A stretch of DNA of 20,000 nucleotides from Coniocarpon cinnabarinum (lineage: Eukaryota): assembly GCA_051942205.1 (NCBI GenBank), contig JAVECO010000130.1, positions 46,225-66,224 of the forward strand, in the 5' to 3' direction. Both the position numbers and the translations under genes were made by a program. A model generated the notes under the pieces. That model saw only the letters and a list, made by a program, of their open reading frames with translations, was not told where the DNA came from and did no database searches. Shown here piece after piece: positions 10,698 to 20,000 of the stretch. The first letter of the stretch is position 1. Each line of letters starts with the position of its first letter.

Positions 10698-10822
10698 GGT
10701 GCGCAAGTGTCATTAGCAAGCCAGAACAGTCCTGCAGCGCTGAAACAAATGAAGGTCGCATTTAGCTGTGTAAGGACTGGGTGACACAAAGGAGAGGGTC
10801 TTGCCAGGTTACATGCAAAAGA

Positions 10823-12725
10823 ATGGCAACGACCATGGATGATAATAAGGACCGGACTTGTTTTCAGCCATCTCATAGAGGGGACAACATCCTGCCAAAT
10901 ACTGCATTTTTGGCGCAACTCTTGAGACATGCACACCGAGGCCGTATAGCCATCAGAGATGACAACGCTGGGATTGAACGGACTTACACTCAACTGGTAG
11001 CTGATGCCCTTTCGCTCCGCAAACAAGTTTCCGAGGCTTTGAGTGCAGACACCCGAGCAGCTCTCGATCACGGCGAGGAAGTCTTTGTGGGTGTATTAGC
11101 GCCTGGAGGTTACGCATACGCTGTAGCTGTGATTGCAGTTTACGCTCTTGGCGCGGCAGTGGTTCCAATGAGTCTGTAGCCGCACAATCTGGTCCGCAGG
11201 CACGCTGACACTCCATAGCTGTAGCGCTCCCGGCACACGAGGCTGTGTACTTTGTAGAGAAATCCCGCCAGGTCGCCATTGTGGCTTCGTCGGATGCGAT
11301 GAGCCTGGCAGGATCTGCAGCTCGACGTCTTAGCCAGAGCAGAACAGATTGCATCAGTGTAGTCAACGTCGATACCCACCTTTCTCACAAAGACTCCGAT
11401 CCAAGTAACTTCCTCATCAGCTCCGATCGTCATCTCGATGAGAACGGCGCTGGCCTTGTAATTTTCACTTCTGGGACCACGGGCCCACCCAAGGGAGCTG
11501 TACATCGAAGAGGCTTCATCACCGAAGAGACACGAGCAGTCGCGGAGCATTATCAAATTGGCCCACGAGATGTACTGCTTCACGTGCTGCCCGTGCATCA
11601 CGCCACAGGGGCTATGATCAACTTTTTCCCATTCCTTGCCAGCGGTGCCTGTATAGAATTTCGGTCAGGTAGCTTCGACCCAGATTGGATGTGGCGACGA
11701 TGGCGCAGGCGTGATCTTACGTTCTTTTCCGGTGTTCCAACGATATACATGTAAGCATCAGTGCGACCCGTTATGGTAGTTGTATGACTGAGGTGAATGT
11801 GCAGGCGTATGATGCGGTACTACGAGCAGCATTTGGCGAAGATGCCCATCGTCGAGCGGCAACCATTCGAAGAGGGAGCGAACTCTATCAAAGTGATGAT
11901 GTGTGGGACCAGCGCACTCCCCCGGCCTGTGCAGCATTTCTGGACGCAAGTCAGAGGCGGTAAGATAATACACACGCGTTATGGATCCACTGAGGCAGGC
12001 GCCATCTTTAAAGTGCCTTTAGACCCTAAGGGCGTTCCCGATGGCTCAGTTGGTGAGGTCGCACCGGGAGTCGACGTTCGCTTGAGTGAGGGTGACGAGG
12101 GTGAGATACTCGTGAAGTCTCCTTTCATGTTTTCCAAGTATGATTCTTTCTGCTCATGATTAGCATCTCCAGTCTGACACGTTTTTGAAGATATCTATAC
12201 GACAATGTAGCGACGGCAGCCGCTTTCGATGTGAATGGCTATTTCGAAACGGGGGACATCGCCTCGCGTGTTGGAAGATTTTATTGGATCGTTGGGCGAG
12301 CGTCACAGGACATCATCAAGTCCGGTGGATACAAAATCTCCGCTCTTGACGTCGAGCGAGAGTGTCTGTCGCTGCCATACATCGCAGAGGTGATGTGTGT
12401 TGGTGTGGAAGATGAAGACTTGGGACAGCGAGTTGGCGCTGTGCTGAGCCTGAGAGATGATCAGGATACGTACGTTGCCAGCCCTTGTAGCGGCAAGACA
12501 GCACTCACTCTAGATCTATTGAGACGGGATCTCAGTCTCCGGATCGCTAGATACAAGATGCCGACATTACTTCGTGTGGTGGAGGGCGAGTTACCCAAGA
12601 CTGCAAGCGGGAAAGTTTTGAAACGAGTGCTGGGCCCGCAATTGCTGCCCAGTCCACAGTGGAAGACGATCGATAAAATCCACGCATGGTACCCGAAAAC
12701 GACCACTGCGCAAGCTAAGCTGTAG
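10823..12725 (+). CDS. AMP-binding acyl-CoA synthetase (ANL superfamily, ACSF3/malonyl-CoA-synthetase-like), peroxisomal
   Basis: Motifs IFTSGTTGPPKG, LPVHHATG, RYGSTE, YFETGD, GRASQDIIKSGGYKISA and LPKTASGKV. Frame-restoring introns at 11172-11218, 11751-11804 and 12138-12190. Ends in -AKL. Confidence 0.93.
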
Positions 12726-13330
12726 TCGGCCACTTCAATGCCCGTCACTTTCATGCAGCTGGAGAGACCTCTCAGATGTATGAATCACACTCCGCGCGGC
12801 GTAAGTCGAACCAACGAGCTATTTCGACATAGTTCGTGTCGTGGAATGCATGACTTCTTCGTCAGCCAGTTCGCTCTGGTTCGCGCTTCAGGAGCATAAG
12901 AGCAACTCTCATTACGTGTACGGGAGACAAGACTCAAGAAGCTCCACTTTTCATTTACACCCCGTGCCATTAACTCGAGGATTAAGAGGTCGTGGGGCCT
13001 ATTCACAGGATGCAGTTAGGTTTGACTATGAGGTATGCAGAATTTGGCCACAGAACAAGCCCAGGAGACTCTCAGAGTGCCGAACTCTCTCGAGTCGATT
13101 GAAGTGCAACAACAGTAATGAATTCGCTCCAAACGTGAGGAGCACATCCGGACGGGCGGAGCAATCGAACTGTTGCAAGAGGACTGAGCGATGTGCTAGG
13201 GTCCTTGATACGAATGCAAGAAGAGGTCAAAAGCCTTGCGGGATGCAAAAGCCTCTGAAACCCGAAATCGATACTACTGCGAATGTATCATTGATGACGA
13301 GCTTTTCGTAGCATGGTCTCCGCGTGAATG

Positions 13331-15093
13331 TCACAAGTGGAATCCTCCAGCCAGGTTCATCACAGAATCAGGATCGACACGTTTCCTGATCTCTCTCAGT
13401 CTCTGCGCGTTCTTCGAGCCGTAGAGCTCTTCAGCAGTTGAACCTGTGATCGCATAGTTGGGATACTTCGTATATGCATCGTTGTAGATGCCCTCTCGGA
13501 TGGCCGCCTGCTTGAGAACATTCACGGAGTCATGCAGCGCGGCATACCAGAAAGCGTCCTGGCTCGGCAGTGTCCACGCAAAATCGAGATTGATCTGTCC
13601 TTGGGTTAGCTGGAAAGGACGTTGACAAGATGCTCTGAATAGTGTACCGGCAGAGGCGACTGTGCATGAGGATACGCAGAATCGGTAGAAAATCGTCCGT
13701 AGCTGGGATCGAAGGGTTCAATATCGTAGCCAACTCGGACTCCCCCTTGAAGTGGCATGAAAGCGCCATAGTACTATAAGAAATCCCATTCATCAACAGC
13801 CCGTTCACCTTTGTTTTGGGGCTATGGCGGAGACTCACATCCGATTGATTTTTGACAGCTGCAAGGAAGGATGGCGTCAACTTGGAAGTTGAAATGGTGT
13901 TGAATGTGCCTCTTGGCGTGACCGCAAGTAAATCTGGGATCCCGCCTACAAAATCAGCAAAAGTTTGTTGCTGGACTGTATCGAGGACGGTAGGTATTCC
14001 GTCAAACAATTTAAGACTTTCAGGCACAGGGCCATCGCTATCATATAGGAATATAGCAATGACTGATGTTCCTTGGGCGCCACCTTGGAGAGTAGGTATA
14101 ACTTGAGCTTTGACATCAGTGTTCTGCTCGAAGAATTTTGCCGTTGCGTCGATCAGGAGCTGTGTTTGATTTGAGCTGTAGAGGCGAATCCCGCCTGTTA
14201 CCACGGACGCCTGGGGATGGGTTTCAAACTCAGTAGACGTGACGATGCCGAAGCGATTGAGACCCCCTTTCAAAGCGAAAAACAAATCTGCATGATCCCG
14301 CTCGCTCACCCGGACGATCTCACCACAGGGTTGGACAAGCGTATACGATTTCACGGTGTCACAACTGAGACCAAACTGATTCGTCTTCCAAGAATACCCA
14401 CCGCCGAGGGTGCTACCACCAACACCAGGTCCTGGAACTCGGCCACCCACGACGTTGATGCCGGTAGGTTCGAGAGCTCTGTACACATCCAGCCAGGTCT
14501 ACACATACCTCTTGTGAGCGCAAAGGGCTTGTCAGACTTAACCAATCAAAGCCGAACCTGTCCCATGCCCAATTCAACGACCGTCCGGTCGTGTGAGAGA
14601 TTGACCTGCGAAAGGCGATTGAGAACGATATGGACGCCGGTAGTACTGGAGAAGCCGGGGTTCGAAGCATGGCCGCCAGATTTGACAGCAAATGGAGTCT
14701 TTGTGGCGCCGATGATTTTGATCTGATCGCATCAAAAGGTCTCAGCCCTGGGAGCTTCAATCAGGCTGGGGCTCGCTAACTCACGGCTACGGCCACGTCG
14801 TTCGCTGAACCAGCTTCTAGAACGCAGACTGGTGTTTGTGTCGACGTATCAGACCAGTGGTGGATGTCCTGTGTGTAGTTTGTACTCGCTTCCATTTTTG
14901 TGAGTACTTTGGTGCCCGAATCCGAATATCAGCTTCACCCACATGCGTATATTACATCGCTCGCAGACGATATCTGCTCGCTAATGGATTTACAGGTTGC
15001 AAGAGCATCTGTTGTTGGGACCAGGTTGCGCGTAGATAGAGCAAAGGCCAGTCTCAAGATTGCCGTCAAAACTATGATTTCAAAGGCTGCCAT
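13331..15093 (-). CDS. Secreted FAD-linked oxidoreductase (VAO/PCMH family, BBE-like)
   Basis: Six exons: 15093-14943, 14888-14785, 14722-14558, 14498-13839, 13773-13648 and 13594-13331. N-terminal signal MAAFEIIVLTAILRLAFA. Motifs FAVKSGGHA, VGGSTLGGG and DLFFALKGG..FGIVT. BBE-type C-terminus YPNYA..LYGSKNAQRLREIRKRVDP. Confidence 0.92.
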
Positions 15094-16432
15094 GTTAATA
15101 ATCTTTCAGTCCTAAATATCTTTCAATGGAAATTGAACATGTGTATCAATTATTCTGGTCTCGAAAGACTGTATGAGCGCCGGGCAGCAAATGTTGTTTG
15201 AGTTCGGTTCCTCGCTCAAGGACGCCAAAGTTGTCAAGATCTAGCCGCATCCAACAAGGTGCCATGCAGAGCCGATAGGTGTGTAGCATTCCATGGAAGC
15301 GACAAATGGCGCACCGGCCCTCCAATAGTCACGACAATGACTCGGAAGCAAACGTGCATGAGGCTCTTTCTGGGTCTATTGTAGACACCGATGCGTCGCG
15401 TTCTGCATACTCACGATTCGCGTATTGTTACTTGGCTCTTCGAAGGCAACAGACTTCGGAGGATTCATGGGGGCCATGCGTAGAGGAGCCTCCTCAGAGG
15501 GTTGTGGATGTGACCTATAACCTTGTCTCGAGGTATAGAAGCACGGCTTGTGAAAGGCTTTCTTTTCCTATATACAAGTCTTGCGAACATAGTGGAGCCG
15601 GCACGTCGATTGCATAATTTTGACCATTCGCAGCCTACGCCAACGCTAGCTCTGCTGAGTCGCGCTGCCTTTTATGTGGAATTTGGGACGTCATCCGCCC
15701 AGCTCAATCTTGTGGCACCAGATAGACTTTGCAGACGGCTTCACGACGGTGGCAGGTACAGGAGATACGGAAGGGAGGAAACCAATCGGACTCCAGACGC
15801 AAATACGCTATTATCTTCACGCGCGTAACGAGGCGCATGTTGGCAATCCACTATCCACTATTTCGGTACCCTGCCCCGCTCGTTGTGGCGCTCTGTCTGC
15901 GATTTCCTGTATCCATTCCTAGGATATCATCCTAAACCGTCTTAAGCGTGTCTATAATCTCAGGCGCTACTTTCCAAGCCTGCATCGTTACCGAAACCCT
16001 CTTTATCTGCACACCGTCTTGTTGTTTCGGCAAAACCTTTGACTTTCCTGCCGCTTCAAGATCCGGCGTCGCTTGGCTCCAACAGTGCAAACCCATCGAA
16101 CGTCGTTCATCGCCATTTCCACTTTTCCCATGGCATTGCCAATGCTATTCACTATGTCGGACGCAGCCGCCTACGAGCTCCAACAAGAGTGACTCAAAAC
16201 CCCGTCATGCTCAAACCTTGCCCACTTCTGGTCCGCTTGCTCAGCCCATTCTACGAAGCGTGTCGACCGGCATGACCGTCCATGCTTATCAAGACTCCCC
16301 TCTAATTCCATTAAGGCAGCACGGTCCAAACTGAAACAGCTAGTACCGGTTCACCAAGTCGAGTGACAATCAGGAACAGCAGCAGCGCCCCTTCTATTCC
16401 GCAGTTTCGCTCGTCTCGTCTCTGGCTAGCGT

Positions 16433-16602
16433 CATGTGTCACGGACGAAAGTCGTCGCCGGATCTCAGCCCAGGCGGGGAGCCTGTACGATGAGGACGAT
16501 GCAGGTAACAAACTCGCGAGTACAATGGCGACAGCCCTTTGTCAGTGAAAAAAACGCTGGATCATAATGTGGCAAATACTATCCTACAAAGCTCTTGCCT
16601 TC
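16433..16602 (+). repeat. Copy B of the diverged ~170-bp duplicated segment
   Basis: See copy A. Shared runs include GTCACGGAC, GCCGGATCTCA, GAGCCTGTACGAT, CGCGAGTA and TACTATCC. Confidence 0.85.
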
Positions 16603-17112
16603 ACGATATTTACCGATTTCGCGATCTTTGCAAAAAGCCGACCGGCGCCTTGAAGCTTAGAAGAAGGAAATCAACGACAGAGTCGCATACTTACTCTTGG
16701 AAGTTCTCCTAGTAGCATTCGGCTCGACTTCCAATCACATGGAACCCGTAAACATGGTATTAGTGCATCGAATGAGTCGCGTTCCTTCATAGAGTTCGAC
16801 ATCTAATTCAGCTGCATTACATTGAACTACGATGTGCTCAAGCTCGTTGGAAATACTCGTTCATCGGTCGCTACCAACTCATCGGTGTTGCCGCATGGGC
16901 TGCTTACAGCAAAGCTAATCGAACCACATCTCAGATCAGCACAATTACTTCGCTTATTTGGGTGCTTTGGCCTGGTTCGCACTACATGGAAATGTTGAAG
17001 GATGCTATAAATTCAGAGACCCCATCATACGTGCTGCAGGATCAGATAGAAGCCGCGACAACACTTTCGGCTCTGCTGTGCCCTTGCGTCGCTTCGCCCA
17101 GGAAGAACGAGA

Positions 17113-18588
17113 ATGCATCACGAAGTGTTGATTGCGGTGTCCACGACCGCGTTGCTTATTTGGCGCTTGACGGCGTTTTTTATGAGTCCTGTAGTTCAAG
17201 CCATCAACTATCGATGGACCGACTTCACGTTCGCACAAGCAAAGGGAAGATCTTGCGTCGATCTCAGACGTCTATTGGAGCAAGGGTTTAGCAAAAGCCA
17301 AGGTCGACCCTTCTATGCAATCCTGTGCTCAGGTCTGACCCGTATCCTGCCGCATAACGCCGTGCCTCAGATGGAGAAAAATGCCGCAGCGTTCTCAATG
17401 GGAGACGCAGTCAATCGCGACTATCACACTGCTCGGTTTCCCGAGCTTGCCCCGTTTGAGCAGCCAAGCGCCTATAAGTCGTCGTTCGCTCATCGGATGA
17501 AACAGCGAACCGAGGACATGTTGCAGGGCGTTTTCGAAGAAATCCCTGTAGCTCTACACCAACTCTGGGGTGACGAGTCGATCTGGCAGCGAAGAGGCCT
17601 TGGTGAGGATATTCCCTATCTGATGGCAAGATGCGCAGCGCGGCTGTTCGTCGGAGAAGAGCTCTGCAAGAACGACGCATGGCTCCAAATCACCCAAGAA
17701 GTAACTCGAGGCTTGGTACTTGCATCCATTCATCTTCAGATGGTCCCTTATTACTTACGCCCGGTCGCGTGGCGTTTTCTACCCAGTTGTCGCCGCATCC
17801 GGCTGCATATAAGAAAGGCATTATCGCTGGTGGAACCAGTAGTCGAGCAACGACGCCTGTTGGCTGAGAAGAAAGGTTACAAAGCTGAACACGAAGATGT
17901 CGTTGACTGGTTCCAGCAAATCGGTGCCGACGGCGATAATTTGGCTCGCGCTTTTCCACAGTTGCAGCTGTGCGTAGCTTCGACGGCAGTGGGAGACCTA
18001 ATGCTTCAAGTCTTCAACAATTTGTGCACGCATCCAGACACGATGATCATGCTCCGTAAAGAAGTGATGCGGGTCCTACAGAAGCACAACGGGTCGATCA
18101 CAATCGCTGCCCTCAAAGAGCTCAAGCACATGGATAGCTTTTTGAAAGAAACTTTACGCCTGAAGCCAACTGCTCCCATCATTATGGGACGAAAAGCTGT
18201 CCGCGACGTGACTTTCGACGATGGTACATACATACCTAAGGGCACTTACGTCTCCGTGTCACAACTCAATCTATTGGACGATAAGATTTACCCAAGCGCG
18301 AGAACCTTTGAGCCAACGCGCTTTCTCGACAAAGCACAATTTGCTACTTCGAGCATTGACAATCTTGTTTGGGGTCACGGACAGTCAGCATGCGCAGGCC
18401 GCTTTTTTACTTCGTATGCTGTAAAAATGACACTGGTGCATGTACTCCTCAAATATGAGTTTGAGCTTGCACCAGACTCTGTGCAGCCGGACCCATTAGG
18501 ATTACCCGCGGCGGACTTACTGAGGGCTGAGGATCGCGCCACAATGAAGATTAGAAGGCGTCGAAGTTCGGATAAATTGTTTGCGTGA
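17113..18588 (+). CDS. Cytochrome P450 monooxygenase (secondary-metabolism type)
   Basis: 491-aa ORF with an N-terminal hydrophobic anchor, K-helix ExxR (MDSFLKETLRL), FEPTRF and heme loop WGHGQSACAGRFF. Confidence 0.94.
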   Translation: MHHEVLIAVSTTALLIWRLTAFFMSPVVQAINYRWTDFTFAQAKGRSCVDLRRLLEQGFSKSQGRPFYAILCSGLTRILPHNAVPQMEKNAAAFSMGDAVNRDYHTARFPELAPFEQPSAYKSSFAHRMKQRTEDMLQGVFEEIPVALHQLWGDESIWQRRGLGEDIPYLMARCAARLFVGEELCKNDAWLQITQEVTRGLVLASIHLQMVPYYLRPVAWRFLPSCRRIRLHIRKALSLVEPVVEQRRLLAEKKGYKAEHEDVVDWFQQIGADGDNLARAFPQLQLCVASTAVGDLMLQVFNNLCTHPDTMIMLRKEVMRVLQKHNGSITIAALKELKHMDSFLKETLRLKPTAPIIMGRKAVRDVTFDDGTYIPKGTYVSVSQLNLLDDKIYPSARTFEPTRFLDKAQFATSSIDNLVWGHGQSACAGRFFTSYAVKMTLVHVLLKYEFELAPDSVQPDPLGLPAADLLRAEDRATMKIRRRRSSDKLFA

Positions 18589-18952
18589 AGTAAGAGAAGA
18601 GAGTGGAGGCTTGCCAAGGGCCAGGCATAGAAGTTGTTGCTGGAGTCTACATCTGGTCCCAGCAGTGCGCAAATTTTTGTAGTCAGCTATCGCATGGAGA
18701 AATGTCAGGGATCAAAGCTGGAGGTGTGGCGGCAAAACGCTTCTGCCCCTCACAAAGCACTGAATTAGGTTGAGGCAAGTGCTCTTACCTGATGTTCTGA
18801 CGCCCAGTTCTTCTTCACGAATGAGCTTGAATCATATAGCACCATCTGCCCATCCAGAAGCATAATGCTGGGGCAGTGACATCCCGGTCTGGCGACTTGA
18901 TGAGCCAGAGGTGCGCAACCTCTGGTGCTTGATTAAACTACAACGACGATGA

Positions 18953-19545
18953 TGCGCACTTCTAGTGTCTACAATCGACATGTGCAAGGGCAAGGTCTCT
19001 TTCGAGCTTTGCCACCGCTGCGGATGGGCCTTGGCCGCAACTATTGCCGGGCGCTCATTTTCAAACCGACAAAGAACAAAACTGGAACGCACAAGCCGCT
19101 TGCCAAACGGCTGGAGTAGCTAGATCCTATCTAGCGCACGACTAATGGCTCGACTCAACATCTCGCTGTATGGGTTGCGCCCACAGACACGTGCTTCCCT
19201 CTCCATACCCGCGGGAGTACAGCTGGCAGTTGACATAGCGTCCTTATTCTTCTACGTGTTTGATATACCTTGGTATCCGAAGAACTAGGGCAAAGACACT
19301 ATTCCTCTTAACGTAGAAGATTAGAAGTCTACCGGACTCTCCCAAACAGCCTTAGTAGAACGGCGATTCCTATATAAAGAGAAAACTCTAGCTTACATCC
19401 AATCTAATTCCTAAGAAGCCTAGATTCGTTTAGCCGTATATCTTAAAGAGCTATGCTTTACTAAGCCTCTTAAGGATTTGCTAGAATATAAAAAGTTCTA
19501 TAGTACTAATAAACTATCCTATAATAAAAAACTTAACCTTATTGT
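18953..19545 (+). pseudogene. RIP-damaged relic of a fungal protein-coding gene (possibly DUF7580-like)
   Basis: One frame reads ..QLAVDIASLFFYVFDIPWYPKN*GKDTI..IRLAVYLKELCFTKPLKDL, interrupted by TAG/TAA stops. The family resemblance is from memory only. Confidence 0.45.
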
Positions 19546-19946
19546 TTAGTATATTACTAAGCGTTAAAAAATAACTAGAACTCTACTATTATTTAGTAGT
19601 AGGAAGATATTTAGAGTCTACTCTATAGGCTCTAGAAAGCTCTAAGAATAGCATAGTATAAGGTATATAACTAACTTACTACTTACTCTTAAGAAGTTTT
19701 ATATTAATAGAACTTAGATAATCTTATATAATACTAATACTATTCTAGTAAGCTTAGAAGTTACTCTATTACTTAATAAAAGATAATATATTATATATCT
19801 TAACTATAGCGTAGTAAGAGAAATTTACTAGAAAGTCTTTACTAGTACTAAGAGAGTTAGATAGGCTTATATATTAAGTCTTATAGGTTACTTACCTAGA
19901 TAATATAATAGGTATTTATACGCTACTTAAAGTTAAATTTAAAGGG
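19280..19946. other. AT-rich subtelomeric tract with RIP-like signature
   Basis: Progressive GC loss. TpA is abundant, and CpA/TpG are nearly absent beyond ~19460. Confidence 0.85.
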
Positions 19947-20000
19947 TTAGGGTTAGGGTTAGGGTTAGGGTTAGGGTTAGGGTTAGGGTTAGGGTTAGGG
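19947..20000 (+). repeat. Telomeric repeat (TTAGGG)9
   Basis: Nine perfect TTAGGG units to the window end, G-rich strand running 5'->3' toward the terminus, preceded by the variant TTTAAAGGG. Confidence 0.99.

Noticed and set aside
12841..13311. 156-aa ORF between convergent genes
   Set aside because: GTG start, no domain, lies in the 3' UTR/terminator zone.
15279..16334. Staggered + strand ORFs suggesting a pseudogene
   Set aside because: No family motif or splice model recognised; BLASTX would be needed.
18905..18925. Hairpin CCAGAGGT-N5-ACCTCTGG
   Set aside because: An 8-bp stem is expected by chance in 20 kb; no supporting context.

Overview
Filamentous-ascomycete-type fungal DNA: short introns with CTRAC-like branch sites, a RIP-like AT-rich tract, and a chromosome end in (TTAGGG)9. 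Genes, left to right: a glutathione S-transferase (minus strand, runs off the window) divergent from an enoyl-CoA hydratase/isomerase; a hidden 3-exon, 95-aa, 8-Cys secreted protein missed by the ORF track; a GNAT acetyltransferase; an acyl-CoA oxidase divergent from an acyl-CoA synthetase; a secreted FAD-linked (BBE-like) oxidoreductase; an intronless P450; a RIP-damaged gene relic; then the telomere. Three of the acyl-CoA enzymes end in PTS1-type signals, suggesting a subtelomeric peroxisomal acyl-CoA processing cluster. A diverged ~170-bp segment occurs twice in inverted orientation, upstream of the acyl-CoA oxidase and of the P450. All splice models and family calls were made by eye; no database search was run.
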